This document shows positions 9,453-17,819 of a stretch of 26,876 nt of DNA, piece by piece. The translations under genes and the position numbers were made by a program. The notes under the pieces were generated by a model, which saw only the letters and a program-made list of their open reading frames with translations, did not search any database and was not told the DNA's origin. Source of the DNA: a virus (lineage: Duplodnaviria; Caudoviricetes); IMG/VR virus record IMGVR_UViG_3300020044_002114, positions 1 through 26,876 of that record, one strand, 5' to 3'. Positions within the stretch are counted from its first letter, which is position 1. Each line of letters opens with the position of its first letter.

Positions 9453-12095
9453 ATGGCGGTTTACGAAATTGATGGTAAGCGGTATCAAAGCGATACACCT
9501 TTAACAGATGCTGAACTAGAAGAATTATCTGGAAAACCAACTCCTACTATGGGTGCTGTGGTGGCTGAGTCTGCACGAAAAGGTTTGGCAAGTAGTGTTG
9601 GTACTACTGCAGGTCTTTCTAATTTGGTATTTTCCGCTTTAGAACGGGTAGGCGTAAATCCTCTCACTATGGGCATGAGAGCCTCTGGTGGAACTGTTGC
9701 TCCCGCACCGACAGAAGGTGGAATTGTCGAGACATTTAAGGCTGGTCGCCAACCTCTTTATAAGAGTCTGATGGAATCTTTAGGCACTACTGGTGTTGAG
9801 CCTCAAGGGGGCTTCCAAAAGATTATTGCTCAAGGAACAGAGGCTGTTACCTCTCCAGAGAGTTATCTATTTCCTCCATTGGCGGCTACAAAACGTCTAG
9901 GCTTATTTGGTCAAACAATATTGCGTCCTACTGAACAACAAGTTATTGGCTCTACTGCTGAAGCGGGTGGTCAAGCTGGTGAATATATTGGCGAAAAGAT
10001 GGGTGCTCCTACTACTGGTAGGGTTGTTGGTAGTATTGTAGGTGGTGGCGGTGGTTCTTATGCTTTAGGAACATCATTAAAAACAGTTCCTTTAGCTGGT
10101 AAAGCATTTGATGCTGCCGCTTCTCAATGGAATAAGGTTCGTGGAACTGTCCCTGAAGATGAATTACTTAGAGATGTCGACAATCGGATTAGCAATATCT
10201 TCATTGCCGCAGGTTCTGCTGATCCAACAATCATGGATACGATCACCAAAGCCGCCAAAGCACAACAGAATCTTTCATTAAAAACACCTGGTGGTGCGCC
10301 AATACAGATGCCTGTAAGTTCTTTGTTGGCAGACAACCCTGTTGTCAACCAGTTGATTCAAAGTCTTTCTGCTAAAGACCCTGTATTCAGGGCGCAGTAT
10401 GGCAATCAGTTTGAGCAAGCTAAACAGGCTTTGGCTGCTAGTCAGGTTCGATTGTTTGGTGACCCATCTAAAGTCAGTGTTAATGTTTCTCCACTTGATT
10501 TGGTCAAACCACAAGCCCGTAGAACTCGCACCATTGATGAGCAGATTGCAGATACTTACAAAGACGCAACTCTTGACCCCAATGTGTTTGGTCAACGGGT
10601 TTCTACACTTGTTGCTGCTAAAGAAGATGCCGCCTACAAGTTAGTTAAGCCACTTTACACAGAGGCTTTTGACATTGCTAAACAGAACAATGTTAAATTA
10701 CCTGCCAACTCTGTTGATGACATCTTCAACTTTGTTGCGGGTGAGCAAGCGTCTGACATCTTTAAGACCTTCCCGTCTATTTACAATCGTGTTCGTGCCA
10801 AGTTCCGTCCTTCAGAAGTGCCGCCTAGCCCTATTCTGACCGCAGAAGGCAAGCCAATGACCGAAGGTGGGATTAAGTTTACTGCCGCTACAGTAGAAGA
10901 TTTGGACTCTCTTAAGCGGGAAATCAACAAGCAATTGCGTAAAACAAGCGAACCCGCTGATATTCGACTGCTCTCAGAGTTGAAAGCCCGTGTTGGTGGA
11001 CACATTGATAACCTTGATCCTGACTTTGTTCAGGCTTATCGCAATGCTGATGCTTCTTACTTCCAGAAGGTTGGCTTGCCATTTAATTCTGAAACTTTGA
11101 AAGCCGTTGACCGCAAGAAGTTTGTTGAGCAGATTGCTCCTGCGATTATTGGTAACAAATCTAATGTTGATGACTTTATCAAGGCTACAGGCGAAGATGG
11201 TGTTCGTGTGGCGAGAGATGCCTTCTACGACAGTTTTAGTCGTGCCGCACTAAAGAATGATGTTATAGACCCAAAAGCGGCTAATAAATGGTTGTCCAAG
11301 AACCAAGGTGGTATGTCTTTAGTGCCAGGCTTGGAGGATGAGCTTCGTGCTGCTTCCAATAATGTTACTGCTTTGATAGCAGAACGTAATCGTTTGGATG
11401 CCGCCTTTAAGAAGGTTGCTGGTGACCAAATCGTAAGTTCTGGTGGCTTCAAAAGTCCACAAGATTTGGTTTCTAGAATGTATAGCGATGTGAACTTTAC
11501 AAACAAGTTTATGCAACAGTATGGAGCGAATAAGGATGCAGTTAATGCCGCCCGTTCATTCATGTTGGATGACATCGTAAAGTCTGGTGATCCAGTTGGA
11601 ATGCTTAATGACCGCACAAAAGCCGCAATATTTAACAGAGTGTTTGGCCCAACATACGCTCAGAAGATTCAAGACTTTGCTTTGGTTTCTGGCAGACTTA
11701 ACAGAGACTTGACTAATGTTCCGTTTAAGGTCGAAACAGTACCTAGAACACCCTTTGAGAGTGTTGTTGGCATTCCTCCTGAGCAAGTTATCTCACGCTT
11801 CACAAACCCTGTTTCTGGGCCTTTCTATGCCATTAGCTCATTGATGAGTAAGTTCTGGGCAAACAAGGCATCTGCTGCAACAGAAGAAAAGCTCAAGACC
11901 TTATTGTTAAACCCTAATGATGCAGTAAAAGTGTTCTCGGCACTTCAGCAGAAGAATGGCGCTTTTGACCAAGATAAGATTCAAGAGGCCATCAGGATTG
12001 GTAAGAAGTTTGGCATTGATTGGGGTCGTGATGCCGTACAAGACTTTGCTACTGGAGCTGCCCGTGGTGCTGTTCAGCCAATGACTGAAGAGTAA
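9453..12095 (+). CDS. Large internal virion / DNA ejection protein 3
   Basis: 880 aa, AAGGA RBS, helical with a Gly-rich segment; last of the ejection trio; no enzymatic motif recognised. Confidence 0.6.
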   Translation: MAVYEIDGKRYQSDTPLTDAELEELSGKPTPTMGAVVAESARKGLASSVGTTAGLSNLVFSALERVGVNPLTMGMRASGGTVAPAPTEGGIVETFKAGRQPLYKSLMESLGTTGVEPQGGFQKIIAQGTEAVTSPESYLFPPLAATKRLGLFGQTILRPTEQQVIGSTAEAGGQAGEYIGEKMGAPTTGRVVGSIVGGGGGSYALGTSLKTVPLAGKAFDAAASQWNKVRGTVPEDELLRDVDNRISNIFIAAGSADPTIMDTITKAAKAQQNLSLKTPGGAPIQMPVSSLLADNPVVNQLIQSLSAKDPVFRAQYGNQFEQAKQALAASQVRLFGDPSKVSVNVSPLDLVKPQARRTRTIDEQIADTYKDATLDPNVFGQRVSTLVAAKEDAAYKLVKPLYTEAFDIAKQNNVKLPANSVDDIFNFVAGEQASDIFKTFPSIYNRVRAKFRPSEVPPSPILTAEGKPMTEGGIKFTAATVEDLDSLKREINKQLRKTSEPADIRLLSELKARVGGHIDNLDPDFVQAYRNADASYFQKVGLPFNSETLKAVDRKKFVEQIAPAIIGNKSNVDDFIKATGEDGVRVARDAFYDSFSRAALKNDVIDPKAANKWLSKNQGGMSLVPGLEDELRAASNNVTALIAERNRLDAAFKKVAGDQIVSSGGFKSPQDLVSRMYSDVNFTNKFMQQYGANKDAVNAARSFMLDDIVKSGDPVGMLNDRTKAAIFNRVFGPTYAQKIQDFALVSGRLNRDLTNVPFKVETVPRTPFESVVGIPPEQVISRFTNPVSGPFYAISSLMSKFWANKASAATEEKLKTLLLNPNDAVKVFSALQQKNGAFDQDKIQEAIRIGKKFGIDWGRDAVQDFATGAARGAVQPMTEE

Positions 12096-12187
12096 TGAGA
12101 GACTATGCCGAAGCTATCATCGCTGCGGTATGTATTAGTGCTTTTGTCATTTTTTGTAGCTACATTATTGTTTGGTGTTTTCCGTGA
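12095..12187 (+). CDS. 30-aa single-TM membrane peptide
   Basis: MRDYAEAIIAAVCISAFVIFCSYIIVWCFP*; ATG overlaps the TAA of the previous gene (TAATG). Not in the ORF track. Confidence 0.55.
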   Translation: MRDYAEAIIAAVCISAFVIFCSYIIVWCFP

Positions 12188-12293
12188 TCGTCTAAAGGCG
12201 GCAACCATAGAGTACCGATGTATTAAATGGACTTGGGTTGGAGATGTGTATAACCGAAGGGTTATCTGTCTTAAATGGGAGAAGGTGAAATGA
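12105..12293 (+). CDS. Small hypothetical protein (YRC.KW...C..W), start uncertain
   Basis: C-terminal half looks protein-like and its stop is ATGA-coupled to the next gene; the N-terminal half overlaps the 30-aa ORF. Confidence 0.4.
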   Translation: MPKLSSLRYVLVLLSFFVATLLFGVFRDRLKAATIEYRCIKWTWVGDVYNRRVICLKWEKVK

Positions 12294-12787
12294 TCGTTGA
12301 TCCGATGACCGCTTTAGCTGGCATTCAGCAAGCTATTTCGATGGTTAAGAAGGCGAGTAAGGTCGCCAATGATTTAGGTTCTCTTGCCCCGATGATTGGC
12401 AAGATGTTTGATGCCAAGAGTACCGCTACTAAAGCATTGATTGAGGCTAAAAAGAGTAAGGGTTCCAACATGGGGACTGCTCTCCAGATTGAGATGGCTC
12501 TTGAGCAAGCTAGAGCGTTTGAGGAAGAGCTAAAGATGCTCTTTATGACCACGGGTAAGGTTGACGTTTGGAACAAGATTAAAGCCCGTCAAGACCAGAT
12601 GGACATAGATGATGCCAGAGAACTTAGGGCTTTAGAAAGAGCAGAGAAGAAGGCTAAAGAGAAGGAAGATGAGATGAATGAGTTAGCCATCATCATTGGT
12701 TGCACATTCTTTGTTTTGTTCTTGGTGTTTGTCGGTATATACGAGCTTATGGATTTTTGTGAGACCACTAAAAGGTGTGGTCGGTGA
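12290..12787 (+). CDS. Coiled-coil protein with C-terminal TM anchor
   Basis: Likely start ATG 12290 (MIVDPMTALAG) by ATGA overlap; hydrophobic LAIIIGCTFFVLFLVFVGIY near the C-terminus. Confidence 0.7.
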   Translation: MIVDPMTALAGIQQAISMVKKASKVANDLGSLAPMIGKMFDAKSTATKALIEAKKSKGSNMGTALQIEMALEQARAFEEELKMLFMTTGKVDVWNKIKARQDQMDIDDARELRALERAEKKAKEKEDEMNELAIIIGCTFFVLFLVFVGIYELMDFCETTKRCGR

Positions 12788-12939
12788 ATGAGTATCAGAA
12801 GACCTTTGATTTAGCCCTCAAGATATTCGTTTACGGGTGTGTGGCTTTGTGGTTTCTTGGCTTCTTAAAGTTCTTGCCTGACGATTTGTCGGACAAGATT
12901 GTCAATCTTCTACTCGGAAGGGTCGGTTTAGGTAAATGA
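12784..12939 (+). CDS. 51-aa membrane protein
   Basis: (M)NEYQKTFDLALKIFVYGCVALWFLGFLKFLPDDLSDKIVNLLLGRVGLGK*; fills the gap exactly with GTGA and ATGA overlaps. Not in the ORF track. Confidence 0.7.
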   Translation: MNEYQKTFDLALKIFVYGCVALWFLGFLKFLPDDLSDKIVNLLLGRVGLGK

Positions 12940-13127
12940 GATATTTATTGCTTCTTTTACTGCTAACTGGCTGTAACGAAAAGTATCGCTATTTTTGTCA
13001 GAACCCAGATAACTTTCATGCCGAACCTTGTCAGAAACCTAGATGCCAATTTACTCAGACTTGCCCTGAATACTTAGTAGCACCAATATTGGAGAAAAAG
13101 ATTGACGAAGTTAAACCTAACAACTGA
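12936..13127 (+). CDS. Cys-rich lipoprotein
   Basis: Signal peptide MRYLLLLLLLTG|C with LTGC lipobox; four more Cys in the mature part. Confidence 0.75.
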   Translation: MRYLLLLLLLTGCNEKYRYFCQNPDNFHAEPCQKPRCQFTQTCPEYLVAPILEKKIDEVKPNN

Positions 13128-13605
13128 AGAGATAGAAGTAAGAATTTGGGGGTTTGTTGTGGTTGCAGTCACACTTATCCTCATGTTTATTGTTGGTGCT
13201 TTGCTCTATTCTGTCACGTTCGTGACTCAGCCTATTAAAAGCATGGCCCCGATTGACCAAGCCTACACCAAGATGCTGAATGACATTGTTCTGTTGATCG
13301 TGGGCGGTATCGGTGGAGTTATTGGTAAACGGGCTATGTCTAGTGCTTCTAGGGCGTTTAATCCTCCAACGCAACCAATGTGTCAACCAATGGGCTATGG
13401 AGGCTCTCAGGGCGGTTTTAACTCGTCCTATCCGCAATCTGCGTATGGTTTGCCTAGTCAACCATTTGGTGCTATGCCTGTTTGGACTAATCCTGAGTTG
13501 GATGAGAGTTGGACACCTGGCCCTCCTCCGACTACCCCTCCTGACCACCTAGAAGATGACCATGAGCGTGAAGAATTAGCACAAGCTAGAAAAGAGGCTG
13601 AATAA
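13102..13605 (+). CDS. Two-TM membrane protein with Pro-rich tail (holin candidate)
   Basis: GGAG RBS + TTG start; two hydrophobic segments; immediately upstream of Rz and the endolysin. Confidence 0.5.
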   Translation: MTKLNLTTEEIEVRIWGFVVVAVTLILMFIVGALLYSVTFVTQPIKSMAPIDQAYTKMLNDIVLLIVGGIGGVIGKRAMSSASRAFNPPTQPMCQPMGYGGSQGGFNSSYPQSAYGLPSQPFGAMPVWTNPELDESWTPGPPPTTPPDHLEDDHEREELAQARKEAE

Positions 13606-14102
13606 TGTTCGGAATACCACTGCCTTATCTATTGTTAGGCTTATCAATTGCCCTTTTTGGTACATATCGAGGTGGATACCATTACGGATGGGCAGATCGA
13701 GACCATGACATGAAGATTGCCATTGCCAAAAAGAATGATGAAGCTCGTCTAATCGAGCAAAACATGGGTGAGAAACTTAATCAACAATCTCTAAAACTAC
13801 AGGAAGCTAATGATGCTATCAACAAGAAAACTACTGCCCTTGCTGTTGCCAATCGTGCTGGCAAGTTGCGCCTCTGCCCCACAAGTAACGTACAAGCCCC
13901 CACAAGTGCCTCCGTTGCCACCACAGATACAAAAGCAACCAGTGAACCTGACAGACCGACTGACCAACCTTCTGATGCCGAAAGAGCAACCATCGAAGCC
14001 ATCGCAGAAATAGTTGCCCAAGGGGATAAGAATACTGTCGCTTTGAACGCTTGCGTAGACTCGTATAACCAGATGAGAGACCTGTTGAATGATAAACGCT
14101 GA
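13605..14102 (+). CDS. Rz: Inner-membrane spanin (Rz-like)
   Basis: N-terminal TM, periplasmic coiled coil, AGKLRL motif, C-terminal LNAC; contains an embedded lipoprotein ORF. Confidence 0.85.
   Translation: MFGIPLPYLLLGLSIALFGTYRGGYHYGWADRDHDMKIAIAKKNDEARLIEQNMGEKLNQQSLKLQEANDAINKKTTALAVANRAGKLRLCPTSNVQAPTSASVATTDTKATSEPDRPTDQPSDAERATIEAIAEIVAQGDKNTVALNACVDSYNQMRDLLNDKR
13810..14013 (+). CDS. Rz1: Outer-membrane spanin lipoprotein (Rz1-like), embedded in Rz
   Basis: +1 frame inside Rz; AGGA upstream; signal peptide with LAS|C lipobox; Pro-rich mature region (KPPQVPPLPP). Confidence 0.85.
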   Translation: MMLSTRKLLPLLLPIVLASCASAPQVTYKPPQVPPLPPQIQKQPVNLTDRLTNLLMPKEQPSKPSQK

Positions 14103-14685
14103 ACAACTTAAACAACTTCACATTGGTGCGGAGTGGGTAGATGCCCTCAATGCCACTTTTGAGCGTTTTGACATCATGAATCCACTTAGAAAAGCGGCTT
14201 TCATTGGTCAATGTGGGCATGAATGTGGGAACTTCAGAATGCTCGAAGAGGGTTTGTCATACTCTGCGGCTGGTTTAATGAAGACATGGCCTAAACGCTT
14301 TGATGCTGCCAAGGCTCAGGCGTGTCAGCGTAATCCAAAGCTCATTGCCAATACTGTTTACGCTAATCGTATGGGCAACAGAGATGAAGCCTCTGGGGAT
14401 GGGTATCGTTTCCGAGGCCGAGGATGTATACAGCTCACTGGCTCTAGCTCGTATTTTCACGCTGGCAAGGCCTTGGGTGTTGACTTCTGGGCAAACCCTG
14501 ATCTTGTGGCTACACCTCAGTACGCTGCCCTGACTGCGGGTTGGTTTTGGGACACTCATAAACTCAACCAATATGCTGATTCCAAAGATTACAAAACCCT
14601 AACAAAGAAGATAAATGGCGGTTTTATAGGGCTAGAAGACCGCATCAAGCACATAAACCATGCCTTGCAAGTGTTGGCATCTTAA
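14089..14685 (+). CDS. Endolysin, glycoside hydrolase family 19
   Basis: AAFIGQCGHE catalytic motif, YANRMGN, YRFRGRGCIQLTG, KKINGG. Confidence 0.92.
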   Translation: MINAEQLKQLHIGAEWVDALNATFERFDIMNPLRKAAFIGQCGHECGNFRMLEEGLSYSAAGLMKTWPKRFDAAKAQACQRNPKLIANTVYANRMGNRDEASGDGYRFRGRGCIQLTGSSSYFHAGKALGVDFWANPDLVATPQYAALTAGWFWDTHKLNQYADSKDYKTLTKKINGGFIGLEDRIKHINHALQVLAS

Positions 14686-14720
14686 ATTAAATTGTCATAA
14701 ATACTGTATAAGGTGTTGAA

Positions 14721-15095
14721 ATGCCTAACATTCCTACACCAGAAGATGCAAAACTGTTCGCACAAAGTGTCAGAAAGTGGCAGCAAGTGCTTAGTTTGGG
14801 TGATTGGAGAATAGAGAAGGGAAGTAAACCTGCAAAGTCAGCAATGGCTTCTGTGGAGTTCAATACTTCTGCTCGATTGGCTACTTATAGACTAGGTGAT
14901 TTTGGTGCTGAAAAGATCACACCTGAGTCTCTGGATCAGACTGCTTTACATGAGTTACTTCATGTGTTTCTGCACGATTTAATGACTGTGGCACAAGACC
15001 CAAAGTCCTCTCAAGATGAGGTGGAGATGCAAGAACATAGAGTCATTAACCTTTTAGAAAAGTTATTGTCTAAGGATTCCAATGGGCGCACATAA
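14721..15095 (+). CDS. Small HExxH zincin-like metalloprotein
   Basis: ALHELLHV motif with downstream Glu (QEH). Confidence 0.65.
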   Translation: MPNIPTPEDAKLFAQSVRKWQQVLSLGDWRIEKGSKPAKSAMASVEFNTSARLATYRLGDFGAEKITPESLDQTALHELLHVFLHDLMTVAQDPKSSQDEVEMQEHRVINLLEKLLSKDSNGRT

Positions 15096-16068
15096 TGAAA
15101 CGTGTACTGACATGGAGTTCATCCAGTTATGGGGGAAACTTCAATCTGCGACAAAGATAGCTGAACATCTTGGGATACACAATAGAGCGGTTCATCTACG
15201 CAGAAGGTGGATTGAAAAACAATACAACATGGCACTTAGCGCAAGTGACCATCGTGGTGCTTATTACGACAAAAACAGACCCAAGTCATTCTCTCCTTTA
15301 AAACAAGTAGAACTAGGCATCCTAGATGGGACTGTGATTGTGTTCTCAGATGCTCACTTCATACCTGGTCAACGAACAACCGCATTTAAAGGGCTTCTAT
15401 GGGCTATCCAAGAGTTCAAACCAAAGGCAGTGATATGTAACGGGGATGCGTTTGATGGAGCGTCTATATCGAGACACGATGTCACTGACCAACCACAGAC
15501 TTCTGTCATTCAAGAACTAAAGGCTTGTCAGGGTGCGTTGGGTGAGATAGAGGAAACCGCTAAAGCAGCAAGGCACAATGTAAAGTTATGCTTTACATGG
15601 GGTAATCACGATATTCGGTTTGGCAACAGATTAGCCCAACACGCACCACAGTTTAAAGAAGTACAGGGTTTTAAACTGACAGACCATATAACCGAGTGGG
15701 AGTTCTGTTGGGCAGTATGGCCTACCGAGGATGTGATTATCAAGCACCGATATAAAGGTGGTGTTCACGCTACACACAATAATACGGTCAATGCGGGGGT
15801 CAGTGTGGTCACGGGGCATCTGCACTCTTTAAAGGTAACGCCATTCTCTGACTACAATGGATGTAGATACGGGGTAGATACGGGGACTTTGGCTGAGACT
15901 GACGGGCCGCAATTTACTTATGCTGAGATAAACCCAAGCAACCACAGATCAGGCTTTGCGGTGCTGAACTTCTTTAATGGACACTTATTGCTGCCAGAGT
16001 TAGTTCAGAAGTTTGATGAAAATCAGGTTCAGTTCAGGGGTGAAGTGATTGATGTAGGTGCATTTTGA
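15082..16068 (+). CDS. Calcineurin-like metallophosphoesterase with N-terminal HTH-like domain
   Basis: Motifs SDAH, NGDAFD, GNHD, H, GHLH in canonical order; SATKIAEHLGI HTH-like N-terminus. Confidence 0.88.
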   Translation: MGAHNETCTDMEFIQLWGKLQSATKIAEHLGIHNRAVHLRRRWIEKQYNMALSASDHRGAYYDKNRPKSFSPLKQVELGILDGTVIVFSDAHFIPGQRTTAFKGLLWAIQEFKPKAVICNGDAFDGASISRHDVTDQPQTSVIQELKACQGALGEIEETAKAARHNVKLCFTWGNHDIRFGNRLAQHAPQFKEVQGFKLTDHITEWEFCWAVWPTEDVIIKHRYKGGVHATHNNTVNAGVSVVTGHLHSLKVTPFSDYNGCRYGVDTGTLAETDGPQFTYAEINPSNHRSGFAVLNFFNGHLLLPELVQKFDENQVQFRGEVIDVGAF

Positions 16069-16208
16069 GTGCTTGGCTAATCATTCTCACAGGGGCAATC
16101 TATGCCTACATTGCTGGTGAACAGCTATGGAAAGATAACCCACACATGGCTATTGTGTACGCAGGGTACGCCTTTAGCAATGTGGGGCTTTATCTGTTGG
16201 CAAAGTAG
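16065..16208 (+). CDS. 47-aa two-TM membrane protein
   Basis: (M)SAWLIILTGAIYAYIAGEQLWKDNPHMAIVYAGYAFSNVGLYLLAK*; TTGA overlap, AGGTG RBS. Not in the ORF track. Confidence 0.7.
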   Translation: MSAWLIILTGAIYAYIAGEQLWKDNPHMAIVYAGYAFSNVGLYLLAK

Positions 16209-16209
16209 C

Positions 16210-16428
16210 TTACAAAGGCTCGTGAGCGTTTAAAGCAAACGCTGGTACTTCTTCTTCTTCTTCTTCAAAGTCTTCATCAAGTTCGTCAATTGCTTCATAT
16301 TCAACTGCCCATCCATTTTCCTCTTGAAACTGGATAAATTCTTGAATGACTTGAATCTTGTCGAAGTCGTGAGTTTCAATGATAATTTTCTCACTGCCTA
16401 CCCAACCAAATTCCATTTCAAATTTCAT
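16210..16428 (-). CDS. Highly acidic 72-aa protein
   Basis: AAGGAG RBS favours ATG 16428; 23 D/E versus 3 K and no R. Confidence 0.7.
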   Translation of the reverse strand: MKFEMEFGWVGSEKIIIETHDFDKIQVIQEFIQFQEENGWAVEYEAIDELDEDFEEEEEEVPAFALNAHEPL

Positions 16429-16486
16429 GATGTTCTCCTTGCGCAACTGATTGTTGCAATGACATACTAAATTTGGTATGTGTCAG

Positions 16487-16720
16487 TTATGTGTTCTTTT
16501 CCTTAACCCATGTGCAATCAAAACATATCTTCATCATCCATCTGACAAACCAGTTAGGTTCGTATCCTTTTACTGGTCTGTAAGAAATACCTTCTCCTTT
16601 ACGACCACCAAACAAATAGCAAATCCATTCAGACCTTTCAGGCACATGAAATTTATACGAGCCTTCAGCTTTGTATTCATCATCAAAGCGAATTGTTCCG
16701 CTAGTTGGTTGTTCATCCAT
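16487..16720 (-). CDS. Hypothetical protein (77 aa)
   Basis: Start MDEQPT at 16720 with an AGGAG RBS inside the end of the upstream gene. Confidence 0.6.
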   Translation of the reverse strand: MDEQPTSGTIRFDDEYKAEGSYKFHVPERSEWICYLFGGRKGEGISYRPVKGYEPNWFVRWMMKICFDCTWVKEKNT

Positions 16721-17117
16721 TGTTCTTCTCCTTGAGTTTGGCTTCAATGGCTTTAGCAAAGTCATACCAAAGTCCAAAATAATTGCTATCCAAATCCAAC
16801 TTACCAATGCGTTTTATTTCCTCATCCGTCAGCCCAACCCATTTGCGCTGTGGTGCAATCTTATGGCCCTCTGAAGCGCAAACACCTACCCGCAAACAAT
16901 TTCCTGTTCTTACCTTTGGTTGCTCTGGCTCATAGTCCAGCCCCAACTCTCTGGCGTTCTCTGCCATCTTTTCGAGGGCTTCGTTGGCCAAGGCTTCTCG
17001 CAGGGTGATGATGGCTTGGATTCTGCGAAAAACCATGTGCCCATTTTCATCTTCGACCATTTCAGCAGGGTCAGCTTCCAACGCCTCCAATGCCAAATTC
17101 AATGCTTCTTTAGTCAT
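16713..17117 (-). CDS. Mosaic hypothetical protein (WVGLTDEE...AIEAKLKEKN module)
   Basis: ORF track; overlap coupling; recurring phage module at the C-terminus. Confidence 0.7.
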   Translation of the reverse strand: MTKEALNLALEALEADPAEMVEDENGHMVFRRIQAIITLREALANEALEKMAENARELGLDYEPEQPKVRTGNCLRVGVCASEGHKIAPQRKWVGLTDEEIKRIGKLDLDSNYFGLWYDFAKAIEAKLKEKNNG

Positions 17118-17344
17118 TGCTTCATCCCCCTGACAAAAGCAGCAAAACTATGTGCTGTGTCGCCAAAAGGCATCTTGTCAAACTCTAAAGCTACTTCCTC
17201 AAGAACATGGTTTCTTTGTGAGGGTGAAACGTAGGTATCAAAATGATAGGGTTGACCTTGTGCTTTTAGGATTTGCTTACCAAGGTTGCTTTGTTGCTCA
17301 ACAGCATTAAATGCTTCGTCTTCTTCCTTAGTCCAATCAGTCAT
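17114..17344 (-). CDS. Hypothetical protein (RN.VLEEVA module)
   Basis: Start MTDWTKEEDEAF; overlaps both neighbours. Confidence 0.65.
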   Translation of the reverse strand: MTDWTKEEDEAFNAVEQQSNLGKQILKAQGQPYHFDTYVSPSQRNHVLEEVALEFDKMPFGDTAHSFAAFVRGMKQ

Positions 17345-17447
17345 GCTTGTCAAAACCTTTCTCAATGTGTTTTTGCGCAGACACATCAGACCAGTACATC
17401 AAGCCGATGCAAACAATCCATAGCAAAAAACAAATAATTTCAGTCAT
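17337..17447 (-). CDS. 36-aa single-TM peptide
   Basis: MTEIICFLLWIVCIGLMYWSD...; AGGGG RBS; fills the gap between coupled genes. Confidence 0.5.
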   Translation of the reverse strand: MTEIICFLLWIVCIGLMYWSDVSAQKHIEKGFDKHD

Positions 17448-17640
17448 TGCTTCCCCTTGCTCGGATAGCGGTAGCGCAATGGTCACAACCAAGTGCATCC
17501 AATTGCTTTGCACACGCCTCACGCTCGGCAGAAGCGACAAGGTCGGCAAAGCGTTCAAGCCAATCCAAATCTCTTTCAAGCACCAGTTCAACAAATAAAC
17601 CTGAGTTTTTTGCCATGCGAATAATGTCTTCTTTAGTCAT
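17440..17640 (-). CDS. Hypothetical protein (EREACA...AIRARG family)
   Basis: AGGAGG RBS, ATGA overlap, start MTKEDIIRMA. Confidence 0.7.
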   Translation of the reverse strand: MTKEDIIRMAKNSGLFVELVLERDLDWLERFADLVASAEREACAKQLDALGCDHCATAIRARGSND

Positions 17641-17819
17641 CTCACCCTCCTTAAAGGTTGAATCTCCTTTTCTGGCGGAGGAGGAGGCATATTCTCTGAA
17701 GGAGGAGTCCATCCATGCTTTTTCCATAGTGCCTGGACATCTGATCCTGATTCCCACTTGAAGTCCTTAGTCGGGATAGAGGGGTAGCTAATCTTAGAAT
17801 GCGGTGGTAGTTCAATCAT
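17637..17819 (-). CDS. Pro-rich hypothetical protein
   Basis: GGGAG RBS, ATGA overlap; DVQALWKKHGWTPPSE motif. Confidence 0.65.
   Translation of the reverse strand: MIELPPHSKISYPSIPTKDFKWESGSDVQALWKKHGWTPPSENMPPPPPEKEIQPLRRVR

Noticed and set aside
14692-14720. Sigma70 promoter / leaderless start for the HExxH gene
   Set aside because: TTGTCA to TAAGGT spacing is 11 nt, and AAGGTG can serve as an SD.
702-15825. Numerous minus-strand and alternate-frame ORFs within the structural and lysis genes (e.g. 2905-3345, 11225-11617, 13117-13548)
   Set aside because: Shadow ORFs of long genes with no RBS, coupling or motif; only 13810-14013 (Rz1) has independent support.
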